A stretch of 62,002 nt of DNA, counting the filler, from Basidiobolus meristosporus CBS 931.73 (lineage: Eukaryota; Fungi; Basidiobolomycota): the NCBI GenBank assembly GCA_002104905.1. It is 3 parts of 3 records of this genome, joined end to end, with 100 filler letters (N's around TTAATTAATTAA, not from the genome) between each part and the next. Parts side by side here need not be neighbours in the genome. Positions count along the whole stretch, not along the records: positions 1 to 20,345 come from MCFE01001007.1; positions 20,446 to 49,721 come from MCFE01000871.1; 1 more part is not named here. One strand, 5' to 3'. Below are positions 12,001 through 21,863 of this stretch, in pieces. Positions within the stretch are counted from its first letter, which is position 1, and each line of letters begins with the position of its first letter. Position numbers and translations under genes: made by a program. Under the pieces are notes generated by a model. The model did not search any database, had not been told where the DNA came from, and saw nothing but the letters and a program-made list of their open reading frames with translations.

Positions 12001-15000
12001 AGGATAAGACTATTGCTGTACCTACAGTTACTATTGATAAGACTATCATCGATTCCTATGTTACAGATGAGAAGACTATCACTGTTCCTACTGTTACTGG
12101 GGATAAGACTGTCACTGTTGATAAGACCATCACCGACTCCAATGTTGCAGATGAGAAGACTGTTACTGAGGATAAGACTGTCGCTGTGCCTACTGCTACT
12201 GTTGATAAGACTATTACTGACTTTAGTGCCACTGATAAGAAGACTATCACCATACCTACTGTTGCTGTACCTACCGTCACTGTTGATAAGACAATCACCG
12301 ACCTCAGTAATGAGAAGACAGTAACCTTACATTCTGTTACGGATGACAAGACTGTCACTGTACCTACTGTTACTGAAGATAAGACTATCACCGTACCTTC
12401 TGTTACCAAGGACAAGACTGTCGCTGTTCCTACTATTACTGTTGACAAGACTGTTACTGAGGATAAGACTGCTACTGTGTCTACCATTACTGCTGATAAG
12501 ACTGTCACCAACTCTAATGTTGCAGATGAGAAGACGATCACTGTACTAACTGCTAGCGAGGATAAGACTACTACTGTGCCTACCGTCACTGTTGATAAGA
12601 CTATAACTGACTCTAATGGTGTTGATGAAAAGACTGTCGCTGTAACAACGGTTACCGAGGACAAGACTGCCACTGTGCCTACCGTTACTGTTGATAAGAC
12701 TATCACCGACTTCGAAGGCTCGGATGACAAGACTGTCACTGTACCAACTGTTACCGAGGACAAGACCGCCAATGTGCCTACTGTTACTGTTGATAAGACT
12801 ATCACCGACTCTGATGGTGCTGACAAGAAGACTGTCACTGTACAAACTGTTACCGAGGACAAGATTGCCACTGTGCCTACCGTTACTGTTGATAAGACTA
12901 TCACCGACTCCGATGGTGCTGACAAGACTGTCACTGTACCAACTGTTACCGAGGACAAGACTGCCACTGTGCCTACTGTTACTGTAGATAAGACTATCAC
13001 CGACTCCGATGGTGCTGACAAGAAGACTGTCACTGTACAAGCTGTTACCAAGGACAAGACTGCCACTGTGCCTACTGTTACTGTAGATAAGACTATCACC
13101 GACTCCGATGGTGCTGACAAGACTGTCACTGTACCAACTGTTACCGAGGACAAGACTGCCACTGTGCCTACTGTTACTGTAGATAAGACTATCACCGACT
13201 CCGATGGTGCTGACAAGAAGACTGTCACTGTACAAGCTGTTACCAAGGACAAGACTGCCACTGTGCCTACTGTTACTGTAGATAAGACTATCACCGACTC
13301 CGATGGTGCTGACAAGACTGTCACTGTACAAACTGTTACCGAGGACAAGACTGCCACTGTGCCTACCGTTACTGTGGATAAGACTATCACCGACTCCGAT
13401 GGTGCTGACAAGACTGTCACTGTACAAACTGTTACCGAGGACAAGACTGCCACTGTGCCTACAGTTACTGTTGATAAGACTATCACCGACTCCGATGGTG
13501 CTGACAAGAAGACTGTCACTGTACAAGCTGTTACCAAGGACAAGACTGCCACTGTGCCTACTGTTACTGTAGATAAGACTATCACCGACTCCGATGGTGC
13601 TGACAAGACTGTCACTGTACAAACTGTTACCGAGGACAAGACTGCCACTGTGCCTACTGTTACTGTTGATAAGACTATCACCGACTCTGATGGTGCTGAC
13701 AAGAAGACTGTCACTGTACAAGCTGTTACCAAGGACAAGACTGCCACTGTGCCTACTGTTACTGTAGATAAGACTATCACCGACTCCGATGGTGCTGACA
13801 AGACTGTCACTGTACAAACTGTTACCGAGGACAAGACTGCCACTGTGCCTACCGTTACTGTGGATAAGACTATCACCGACTCCGATGGTGCTGACAAGAC
13901 TGTCACTGTACAAACTGTTACCGAGGACAAGACTGCCACTGTGCCTACAGTTACTGTTGATAAGACTATCACCGACTCCGATGGTGCTGACAAGAAGACT
14001 GTCACTGTACAAGCTGTTACCAAGGACAAGACTGCCACTGTGCCTACTGTTACTGTAGATAAGACTATCACCGACTCCGATGGTGCTGACAAGACTGTCA
14101 CTGTACAAACTGTTACCGAGGACAAGACTGCCACTGTGCCTACTGTTACTGTTGATAAGACTATCACCGACTCTGATGGTGCTGACAAGAAGACTGTCAC
14201 TGTACAAGCTGTTACCAAGGACAAGACTGCCACTGTGCCTACCGTTACTGTGGATAAGACTATCACCGACTCCGATGGTGCTGACAAGACTGTCACTGTA
14301 CAAACTGTTACCGAGGACAAGATTGCCACTGTGCCTACTGTTACTGTTGATAAGACTATCACCGACTCTGATGGTGCTGACAAGAAGACTGTCACTGTAC
14401 AAGCTGTTACCAAGGACAAGACTGCCACTGTGCCTACCGTTACTGTGGATAAGACTATCACCGACTCCGATGGTGCTGACAAGACTGTCACTGTACAAAC
14501 TGTTACCGAGGACAAGATTGCCACTGTGCCTACTGTTACTGTTGATAAGACTGTCACCGACTCTGATGGTGCTGACAAGAAGACTGTCACTGCACAAACT
14601 GTTACCGAGGACAAGATTGCCACTGTGCCTACCGTTACTGTTTATAAGACAATCACCGACTCCGATGGTGCTGGTAAGAAGACCGTCACTGTACCAACTG
14701 TTACCGAGGACAGGACTGCCACTGTGCCTACTGTTACTGTTGATAAGACTATCACTGACTTCGAAGGCTCTGATGACAAGACTGTCACTGTACAAACTGT
14801 TACCAAGGACAAGACTGCCACTGTGCCTACCGTTACTGTTGATAAGACTATCACCGACTCCGATGGTGCTGACAAGACTGTCACTGTACAAACTGTTACT
14901 GAGGACAAGACTGCTACTGTACCTACCGTCACTGTTGCTAAGACTATCATTGGCTTCGAAGGCTCTGATGACAAGACTGTCACTGTAACAACGGTTACCG

Positions 15001-16580
15001 AGGACAAGACTGCCACTGTGCCTACCGTTACTGTTGGTAAGACAATCACCGACTCCGATGGTGCTGGTAAGAAGACTGTCTCTGTACCAACTGTTACCGA
15101 GGACAAGACTGCTACTCTGCCTATCGTCACTGTTGATAAGACTATCACTGACTTCGGAGGCTCTGATGACAAGACTGCCACTGTGCCTACCGTTACTGTT
15201 GATAAGACAATCACCGACTCCGATGGTGCTGGTAAGAAGACTGTCACTGTACCAACTGTTACCGAGGACAAGACCGCCACTGTGCCTATCGTTACCGTTG
15301 ATAAAACTGTCACTGACATCGATGGTGTTGGCAAGAAGACTGTCACTGTGCCAACTGTTACTGTTGATGAGACAATCACCGACTCCGATGGTGTTGGTAA
15401 GAAGACTGTCACTGTACCAACTGTTACTGAGGACAAGACTGCTACTGTACCTACCGTCACTGTCGATAAGACTATCACTGGCTTCGAAGGCTCTGATGAT
15501 AAGACTGTCACTGTAACAACGGTTACCGAGGACAAGACCGCCACTGTGCCTACTGTTACTGTTGATAAGACTATCACCGACTCTGATGGTGTTGGTAAGA
15601 AGACTGTCATTATACCAACTGTTACCGAGGACAAGACCGCCACTGTGCCTATCGTTACCGTTGATAAAACTGTCACTGACGTCGATGGCTCTGACAAGAC
15701 TGTCACTGTACCAACTGCTACTGAGGACAAGACCGCCACTATGCCTATGGTTACCGTTGATAAAACTGTCACCGACGTCGATGGCTCTGACAAGACTGTC
15801 ACTGTACCTACTGTTACTATTGATAAGACAATCACCGACTCTGATGGTGCTGACAAGACTGTCACTGTACCAACTGCTACTGAGGACAAGACTACCACTG
15901 TGCCTACTGTTACTGTTGATAAGACTATCACCGACTCTGATGGTGCTGACAAGAAGACTGTCACTGTACAAGCTGTTACCGCGGATAAGACTGTCACCGT
16001 ATCTACCGTCACTGTTGATGAGATTACCACCGACTCTAATGCTACAGATGAAACGACTGTCACAGCTGAAATGACCGTCACTGTGCCTACTGTTACCAAG
16101 GATAAGACTATCATTGATGGAATGACCACAACTGAGAAGAAGACTGTCGTCACAGTAACTGCTATTGAGAATAAGGATATCGCAGCTCCAACGATTGTCT
16201 CCACGATAGCTGAAGTATCTATTGCTACGCCTACGGGTGCAACCAAGAGCAGTACAGAGACCGATTCTGTCGTTGCTACCATAGCTCAACGTACTGAAAT
16301 TGCCAGGGAACATACCGCTGTGTCTCACTCTACCCTGCGTTCTGCATCGCAACAATGTGATCCTCAAACTATCACCGTTACCATCACAAAAACCGTTGAT
16401 ACAACCATCTCCACTGAACCTACAGTTGGCATTGAATGCGTTGATGGGCAGTACAAATGTATAGATCCAGGCTATTCACCGAGATTTACCATCTGTAGCA
16501 ATGGTAAACTATACGAAAACCAGTGTTCTTCCGGCACCGTATGTAAACCACTGGAAGGATCAATCATTTGCGATTGGTAA
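9060..16580 (+). CDS. Giant secreted Thr/Val/Asp/Lys-rich tandem-repeat (mucin/adhesin-like) protein with C-terminal CBM19-like chitin-binding module
   Basis: 2506-aa single ORF; signal-peptide-like N-terminus MRFTYGLSAAIAFANALSA; several repeat strata; C-terminal CVDGQYKC...FTICSNG...QCSSGTVC...CDW six-cysteine pattern; no GPI-type hydrophobic tail. Confidence 0.85.
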   Translation: MRFTYGLSAAIAFANALSALQQSGPVLDDGILPLSKKADHQSAQSKSTVPAPTHSSLTTVATEASLRSSSVNRPLSSQEHDLKPKNSELPDVKAMVSDRRVEDDHRIVSEHVASGGKKATSTGSSLLPKSTISMSVISKKQKEHSAAAVDTLPDTVSVYSTFLEYQTYTEPPTVIFETTNQLLTTDVGSGSVKVTHVETIHATVTSKESVTHVDTVKETITIAAKPETERHTLTEHHTLTKKEFETPTEVVRTALDTKHEVHTVTKKKTLKPVTVTPTVLVTKKPANKDSATESIPDTATVYSTYIEYQTYTEPPSIIVETTNQLLTTDVGSGSAKETYVETIHATVTRKESVTHVDTVQETTTIAEKPETERHTVIKYRTLTKKESESPTVVVRTALDTKHKVHTVIKKKTLQPVTVTPTITESIIIEKETFQHTVTAPTVTVSETDQHTVTAQETNQHTVTDKETVQHTISASTVTDRETDQHTLTAPTVTDKETVQHTETDENTIQHTVTERETSQHTITAPVVTDKKTVQHTVTAPTVTDKETVHNTVTAPTVTSKETVQHTVAAPTVTDRETDQHTITDKETVHVTPTASTVTDKETFQHTVSGPTITDRETDQHTIIDKETVHVTPAASTVTAKETVQHTVSAPTVTERETDQHTITDKETVHVTPAASTVTEKETVQHTIATPSIERVTNQHTVTDRETMQHTITAPTVTEVHTYNQTLPGITVTDEKTRSLEATIIRDKTVTAPTVTVDRTITGANVTNEETVTAPTVTEEKTITAPTVTEEKTVTAPTVTEDKTVVAPTVTVDKTITDSDNTKDNSVSTVTVDKTIIMPTVTGDKTVTIDKTITDSNVAAERTVIVPTVTKDKTVTEPTITEDKTVTEPTITEDKTVAAATVTVDKTITDSNIAGEKTVTVPTGTEDKTVIVDKTIINSGTADEKTVTIHSVTDDKTVTIPTVTVDKTITGSNVVDQKTVTEDKTIAVPTVTIDKTIIDSYVTDEKTITVPTVTGDKTVTVDKTITDSNVADEKTVTEDKTVAVPTATVDKTITDFSATDKKTITIPTVAVPTVTVDKTITDLSNEKTVTLHSVTDDKTVTVPTVTEDKTITVPSVTKDKTVAVPTITVDKTVTEDKTATVSTITADKTVTNSNVADEKTITVLTASEDKTTTVPTVTVDKTITDSNGVDEKTVAVTTVTEDKTATVPTVTVDKTITDFEGSDDKTVTVPTVTEDKTANVPTVTVDKTITDSDGADKKTVTVQTVTEDKIATVPTVTVDKTITDSDGADKTVTVPTVTEDKTATVPTVTVDKTITDSDGADKKTVTVQAVTKDKTATVPTVTVDKTITDSDGADKTVTVPTVTEDKTATVPTVTVDKTITDSDGADKKTVTVQAVTKDKTATVPTVTVDKTITDSDGADKTVTVQTVTEDKTATVPTVTVDKTITDSDGADKTVTVQTVTEDKTATVPTVTVDKTITDSDGADKKTVTVQAVTKDKTATVPTVTVDKTITDSDGADKTVTVQTVTEDKTATVPTVTVDKTITDSDGADKKTVTVQAVTKDKTATVPTVTVDKTITDSDGADKTVTVQTVTEDKTATVPTVTVDKTITDSDGADKTVTVQTVTEDKTATVPTVTVDKTITDSDGADKKTVTVQAVTKDKTATVPTVTVDKTITDSDGADKTVTVQTVTEDKTATVPTVTVDKTITDSDGADKKTVTVQAVTKDKTATVPTVTVDKTITDSDGADKTVTVQTVTEDKIATVPTVTVDKTITDSDGADKKTVTVQAVTKDKTATVPTVTVDKTITDSDGADKTVTVQTVTEDKIATVPTVTVDKTVTDSDGADKKTVTAQTVTEDKIATVPTVTVYKTITDSDGAGKKTVTVPTVTEDRTATVPTVTVDKTITDFEGSDDKTVTVQTVTKDKTATVPTVTVDKTITDSDGADKTVTVQTVTEDKTATVPTVTVAKTIIGFEGSDDKTVTVTTVTEDKTATVPTVTVGKTITDSDGAGKKTVSVPTVTEDKTATLPIVTVDKTITDFGGSDDKTATVPTVTVDKTITDSDGAGKKTVTVPTVTEDKTATVPIVTVDKTVTDIDGVGKKTVTVPTVTVDETITDSDGVGKKTVTVPTVTEDKTATVPTVTVDKTITGFEGSDDKTVTVTTVTEDKTATVPTVTVDKTITDSDGVGKKTVIIPTVTEDKTATVPIVTVDKTVTDVDGSDKTVTVPTATEDKTATMPMVTVDKTVTDVDGSDKTVTVPTVTIDKTITDSDGADKTVTVPTATEDKTTTVPTVTVDKTITDSDGADKKTVTVQAVTADKTVTVSTVTVDEITTDSNATDETTVTAEMTVTVPTVTKDKTIIDGMTTTEKKTVVTVTAIENKDIAAPTIVSTIAEVSIATPTGATKSSTETDSVVATIAQRTEIAREHTAVSHSTLRSASQQCDPQTITVTITKTVDTTISTEPTVGIECVDGQYKCIDPGYSPRFTICSNGKLYENQCSSGTVCKPLEGSIICDW
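9519..10322 (+). repeat. Two-copy internal duplication (~125 aa homology, 429-nt offset)
   Basis: DTVSVYSTFLEYQTYTEPP...KTLKPVTVTPT (9519-9893) repeated as DTATVYSTYIEYQTYTEPP...KTLQPVTVTPT (9948-10322). Confidence 0.9.
12700..14620 (+). repeat. Near-perfect 96/99-bp coding minisatellite with a 486-bp higher-order unit
   Basis: Unit A (33 aa) DKTITDSDGADKKTVTVQAVTKDKTATVPTVTV; unit B (32 aa) DKTITDSDGADKTVTVQTVTEDKTATVPTVTV; order ABABB-ABABB-ABAB-AB. Identical off-frame ORFs at 13303 and 13789 are 486 nt apart. Confidence 0.95.
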
Positions 16581-17514
16581 GTGCTGATTGATACGTGGAG
16601 CTACCAATGCTACATGAGAAATAAAATGATTTAGACAAAAATGGATGCTCCAAAGGTTGTATGTTTGGTGGGAGTATTATGTATATATATATCCATGAAG
16701 TGCCACACACTAGAATTACTATAAATGCAAAATACCCTCTGAAGTTCCTGTTAAGCATCCGCATGCAAAATACCTTTGTAGAAATTTTAGATCAGGATTC
16801 TACTCTTTTTTGCTGGCACTCCTAAGAATAGCGTGACCAGGTTTCATAAACGACAATACACAAAGATCCGATATTTGCCATTTATAAGATTTGGATTTTA
16901 GCAAATTTTCATGGATAATCCGATGACTACGTTATGCGAACAAAAATAACATTTACCGTTTCAATTTTATTGCTATTATGATTTTCCTCCATACTTGCAG
17001 CCAAAAACATTGCTAGGAAATTTACAACAAAAATCACTGACAAATCCACACCACCATACTCAGCAAAAACAAGATACCTTTTGGGGTCTTTGAAATCCAG
17101 TGAAGTATATGTGAAGGAAAACGCCATAGGACTATGTGTGTGCAACCTTGATTGTATATAATATAGCACACTTATCTCTTTAGCATAAATAATCTATTTT
17201 TGCTTGAAAATAGCTTTTATTCCAATCATACAAAGGGTAGGGTGCTATGTGAAGTATTTGCAATATGCCTGTGGCCAATATCTTCTCTTTTACATTCAAG
17301 CACCATGTTTGATAACCAGCCCATTCACAAAGCTCTTCAGAGGCAAGAACATAAGGCAAAACCTTGGGACCAAGGTTGTCAAATACTCAAAGGGCCCACG
17401 GTTGCTAGAATGGCCTCTGGTCACATATATTGTAAATTTTGTATTTACGCCTAAATAATTCATTAACTTGGCCACTAAGATCATAACTTATGAACTTTAC
17501 TCTTTGTTGGTACG

Positions 17515-17730
17515 TCTGCCAAAATGTCATTTACCCACGACATGAGAATCCTCGAAGTTGTCCAAAAGCCCCCACACTCTGCATACATGTTCTTGGGACC
17601 TTCTGAAGCATACTGTAAAAGTATAAATACCACTTTTACATTCAAGGACATATCAAGTGAAAACCACACAATCTGCTTGTTCCCTCAATCACCTCCAATA
17701 TCTCCATGACTCTTACAACAACCAACACCC
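17515..17730 (+). repeat. Diverged solo copy of the right arm of the 5.4-5.9 kb foldback element
   Basis: aagttgtccaaaa...gcatacatgttcttggga...tgtaaaagtataaataccacttttacatt...aagtgaaaaccaca...caatcacctccaatatctcca matches 5700-5935. Confidence 0.8.
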
Positions 17731-17916
17731 TTTCAGCATAGTTTCTAATCATTTTTTAAAATACAATTCTGCTTGTAATAAACCACCTCTCACAGTGGGC
17801 CCTTATTTGCGCAGATTTCTCATAATAGTCTTTTCCTTTACATGATTGTTGAGAAGCTGATTTCACCATTTTATGAATGTTACTGGAGCAGTGATGCTAC
17901 ACATGAATTTTATTGA

Positions 17917-18314
17917 CTAGTATGCAAGATGGTGGAGGGAAGGCTGACCCAGTAGAGTAAAATTGATTCCATTGAAATCATCATTCTTCCCCGGGTTTCC
18001 ACCTTCCAGGGATTTATGGAAGATCAAGTGGTTTCCATCATTATCCTTAATAGTGAATTGAGGATATCCCCACTTGGATTGATTCCACAATATCAACTGT
18101 AGCGCTGGGAAGTCAACGGGAACACACGCATGAAAATAGATGTTCGCCTCTGCTTTTTTACCTATGAATACAGAGCAGAACGTAGGTTCTGAAGAGTCCT
18201 CCTCTGGGTGGTAGCCTTGAGCTCTTCAGTGTAGAATTTTATTGTGACCTTGATTGAGCGAGAGGGGAATTGAGGAATAATCTTCCAGGCGGAACGAGCA
18301 GTTTCTGCGGTCAT
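17917..18314 (-). pseudogene. Glyoxalase / bleomycin-resistance (VOC fold) family pseudogene
   Basis: MTAETARSAWKIIPQFPSRSIKVTIKFYTEELK, frameshift near 18215, then GYHPEEDSSEPTFCSVFIGKKAEANIYF...WGYPQFTIKDNDGNHLIFHKSLEGG. WGY.QF.IKD.DGN.L.F is the VOC C-terminal signature; the middle looks deleted. Confidence 0.7.
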
Positions 18315-18822
18315 GACAACACAGCGAAAGCGCAAGTGATATGAAAAGAGCAACGCACCGTAGCAAAGCCAACATGGTGTGACGTTGTTTCTTGTAGAAT
18401 CTAGCTCTAATACCGCGCTTCCAATGAAAGTGATTGACAGTCCTTGCTAGTGGAACTGCAAATACTTTGTTTAATTATTGGCAGAGGAGTAGACAGGGTT
18501 GCTAACTAATTTAATCAATTTGGTCACAGTACATATATTTGTGCGGATAGCTGAAAGTAGCATTTATATTTAAATATATACTTACTCTTGGATGTTTTAC
18601 CATACACATTTACTCTTGTCTTTTTGTTTTATGTACAGGCAATGATGATGTCATGAATCTTTCTTTTTTTCCATGAGGATTTGATCGTTGGAAAACTTGC
18701 TTAAACAACCTGTAATTAGTTTAGTTGATCCCCTTGACGAGATGAGCGTAAATGGTAAATATCCGAATTTATACATGATTAATTTAACAAATTAGTTTGA
18801 AATCTTTGTTGTGTATACAGGC

Positions 18823-20164
18823 ATGTCGGTAGAACGAAAGCGTTCAGGCAGATCGCGTACGCACGAGGATCAAGAAGAGATCACCATTTGGGAAAAGACA
18901 TGTCGAGACCTAGGGAAACTAGAGGTCGTTCAACAGGAGGGATTGGACATCTTTGCTCAAATTAACAAACTCCACGAATTAGTTGAAGACGAAGGTAGCA
19001 TTGAATCCAGCCACCCTTTCCACCAAGCTAAAGTCCTTACGCCGTATATAGGCCCGATACAAAGTCTGAATGTAAACTTGGGACGGCTATACAGAGAGGG
19101 TGATGAGAATGTCTCTCGGGAACAGAAGTAATTTCCCAGTATTCACCTATTTCGAAGTCCAAGCCTATTCCTCATAACTCAATCAACCCGAATCATTAGA
19201 TATATAACACACGCCCTCGAAAATCTTGGTATACTAATTGCGTTGAGGGATAACGCGGATCTAGGTATGGAATACGGGCCTTCCGTAAGTTTTATTGACT
19301 TACAAATATTAAATTCTATATAGAACTCAAGCGTAAGAAACGCAAAGATTCTTCCGATAGCGTAAGTAGCTTAGGTAGTCTACCTACCTTCAAAAAGGCC
19401 AAAAGGTAACTCTTTCGCAATACTCAAAGCCCACATATAAACTGAGCCCCAGTTAACTTACTAGCAACACGCACGTTCATGATAATGGAGGAATTATACC
19501 CAAACGTAGCTATGTACGCAGTATCCCTGTTTCTTGCTAGAGGGGTTTGCCAGATACATTGCTGATTACTTTCCCTAGGTTGCCGCCAAAACTCCAAAAA
19601 TCAAAGACAAAAGCCAGGAGTGGATATTAGCAGTCGTGTTGCAATTCCTTCCCGAGAAGAACAAGTAACGCAATGACACTTTTCCCCATGTTAACTATCC
19701 AACGGCCTTGACCAGTTTTGATACAGATATCAAGTTGAAGACGCAGAAGTGGATGAGAACGGCAAACGGATGTAAGTATCTCCATGGCCACTACCACTTG
19801 GACCTGTAGTAGACAACTTTGTGTGTTATAGGAAATATAACCTTCCGTTGCGGAATATCATTCCATTACCCGAGGAGTACGCATTGGATGAGATCTCAGA
19901 GTTTGAGGTTAACCACGTTGTACTGGCGCTATATCCCAATACCACGTGTTTTTACAAAGCAACGGTCGTACTTCCACCAAGCAAGGTATGTATCACTTCT
20001 AATTGGATCCAACGGCAAGGCTCTGACACTCATTGCCACAGATAAGTGAGCCGGAGTATCAAGGAACATACCGGGTTAGTTTTGAGGATGACGATGATGT
20101 TGACCGATTTGTCCCCATCATGTACGTGGTTGATATGCCGAAGAGTCCGAAGCAAAAGAACTAG
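18823..20164 (+). CDS. SGF29: SAGA complex subunit Sgf29 (tandem Tudor H3K4me reader), multi-exon
   Basis: Exons read MSVERKR..., VAAKTPK...EWILAVV, YQVEDAE, VLALYPNTTCFYKATV, YRVSFEDD; GT..AG introns with ctaac-type branch points. Confidence 0.9.
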
Positions 20165-20345
20165 GCTCAGTTCTCGTGGGCTCAGAAGCAGTAGGACTAG
20201 GCGTGAACCTAGCTCAACAAACTTAGATATTAGAGGAAATGCCAGTAATGAATTTTGAAGAATAGCAACATGTTTCCAATGTAGTCAAAGAAATAATCAT
20301 GAACGACGTCAAGTCGGATATACTATAAACGCCCCAAGCCTCCTA

Positions 20346-20445
20346 NNNNNNNNNNNNNNNNNNNNNNNNNNNNNNNNNNNNNNNNNNNNTTAATTAATTA
20401 ANNNNNNNNNNNNNNNNNNNNNNNNNNNNNNNNNNNNNNNNNNNN
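20346..20445. other. Artificial contig spacer (six-frame stop linker)
   Basis: 44 N + TTAATTAATTAA + 44 N; an identical construct lies at 49722-49821. Confidence 0.97.
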
Positions 20446-21179
20446 ACTGGCATCAACACCTCTTGGTTGTGGGATTTAAATCTTGCAATAGGCTTTTGAC
20501 CAGATCATCCATTTATATTTCATAGGGTCAGTCAAAGTCAGCTGCCCTTTCATCTTGACAGAGCTCTCTCCTAATCCAGGAGAAGATTCCCAGTCAGCCC
20601 TGTTACTCCTGCTACTGCCACTGGGCTATCTGCAATTTTGGAAATGCTATTACCCTCCTATATCAAAACAAATAAACTACCTCAAGGATTGAGGTACCTA
20701 TATACATAGATATACTGATGTTCAATACAAAGCCAGGGATCTTGCAGAAGTTATTCTTCACAAGAACACTGGCAAATAGTTTAGAAGAGAAGTAAAGTGT
20801 ATGCTTAGTTGGGAGCTCTGGGTACACTCAAACATCATTTCAACAGTCTTCACTTTATATCATTCTCTCTGGAAAACAAGCTACACAAGTGAATTATCAG
20901 TAAATTGAAACTTCTATTTAACTCCAGGTCACCAACTTCCTTGGGAAATAGAGAGTTAGCAAGCAGTTTTATTCCATTCTCCACTTGACTTTGACAATCA
21001 GTATGTTTGGGTAGCAGTGAAGTCCTAGTTCATCTGGTAAGTTTTGTGCAATCTAAAAATCTACACTTTAACTTGGCTTCTTTATTTATGATATCAAATT
21101 AGAAGCTCACCCTTTGGCAAGACCTATGGGATATTAACATTGGAAAAGAATGCTCTCTTGAAGGTATAGGAGTAGAAGA

Positions 21180-21370
21180 CTTGAAGTACCAGAAGAAATA
21201 ACAAATGTCTTTAGCTGCATGTCTCAATATCAAAGACAAACTGCTGATTCCATGTTCAGGAGCAAAAATTGTAAGGAATGCCTGGAAGGCATTAGAAGAC
21301 ACCTCTCAGTCATGTTCAGCTGCTGAAAAAATGTATCTTAGACAAGAATTGTTTACCATAATGATTCCCC
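21180..21370 (+). mobile_element. Ty1/copia gag (UBN2-like) relic within CpG-depleted decayed repeat DNA (20446-21520)
   Basis: KYQKK*QMSLAACLNIKDKLLIPCSGAKIVRNAWKALEDTSQSCSAAEKMYLRQELFTI resembles the copia gag pattern (A.IxLxL.D...T.keaWdaL.......kmyLrrqLftlkm). Confidence 0.55.
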
Positions 21371-21863
21371 TAGGAGAAGAAAGGCAACTGTCTCTCCCTC
21401 ACAAAAATACCGATATTAATCCACTGCAGTACATAGTCATTGGAAAGGCTCATGAACTCAAGTTATAATCTGTTATAAATTCATAACTTCTCGTATCAAG
21501 CAGCTAGAGTATAAAGTTGAAGACTCAGCCTCGGTGCGGGTCTATGCAATTGAGCTTATCTTTATCTCACAACTCACTAAGAAAAGGTGCACTAGGATGC
21601 TATAGTACTAGAGTACCAGTTTAACCGCTGAAAATGGGTTTATGCAGTGTAGTGGAATGTCAGCCACAATTGGAAGTACTAATCTATAACCAGATGGTGC
21701 TCCTTCTTTCTTGCGATGCCTTTATCTCAAATTTACAGCAAGCTGCCTCGTGGAGCAGATAGCTTCCTACCTTTTGCGACACCATACATCCCCCACATAT
21801 CATCACTGCTGGGCAAATCTTCCAACCGATTTATTGTAAGTAGCAATTCTCAGAGTCCAACGC

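Noticed and set aside
10088-16367. Very long antisense and off-frame ORFs (1273, 855, 546, 302 aa etc.)
   Set aside because: They are shadows of the ACT/GTT/GAC/AAG-rich coding repeat, which lacks stops in other frames; only the plus frame has a signal peptide and terminal domain.
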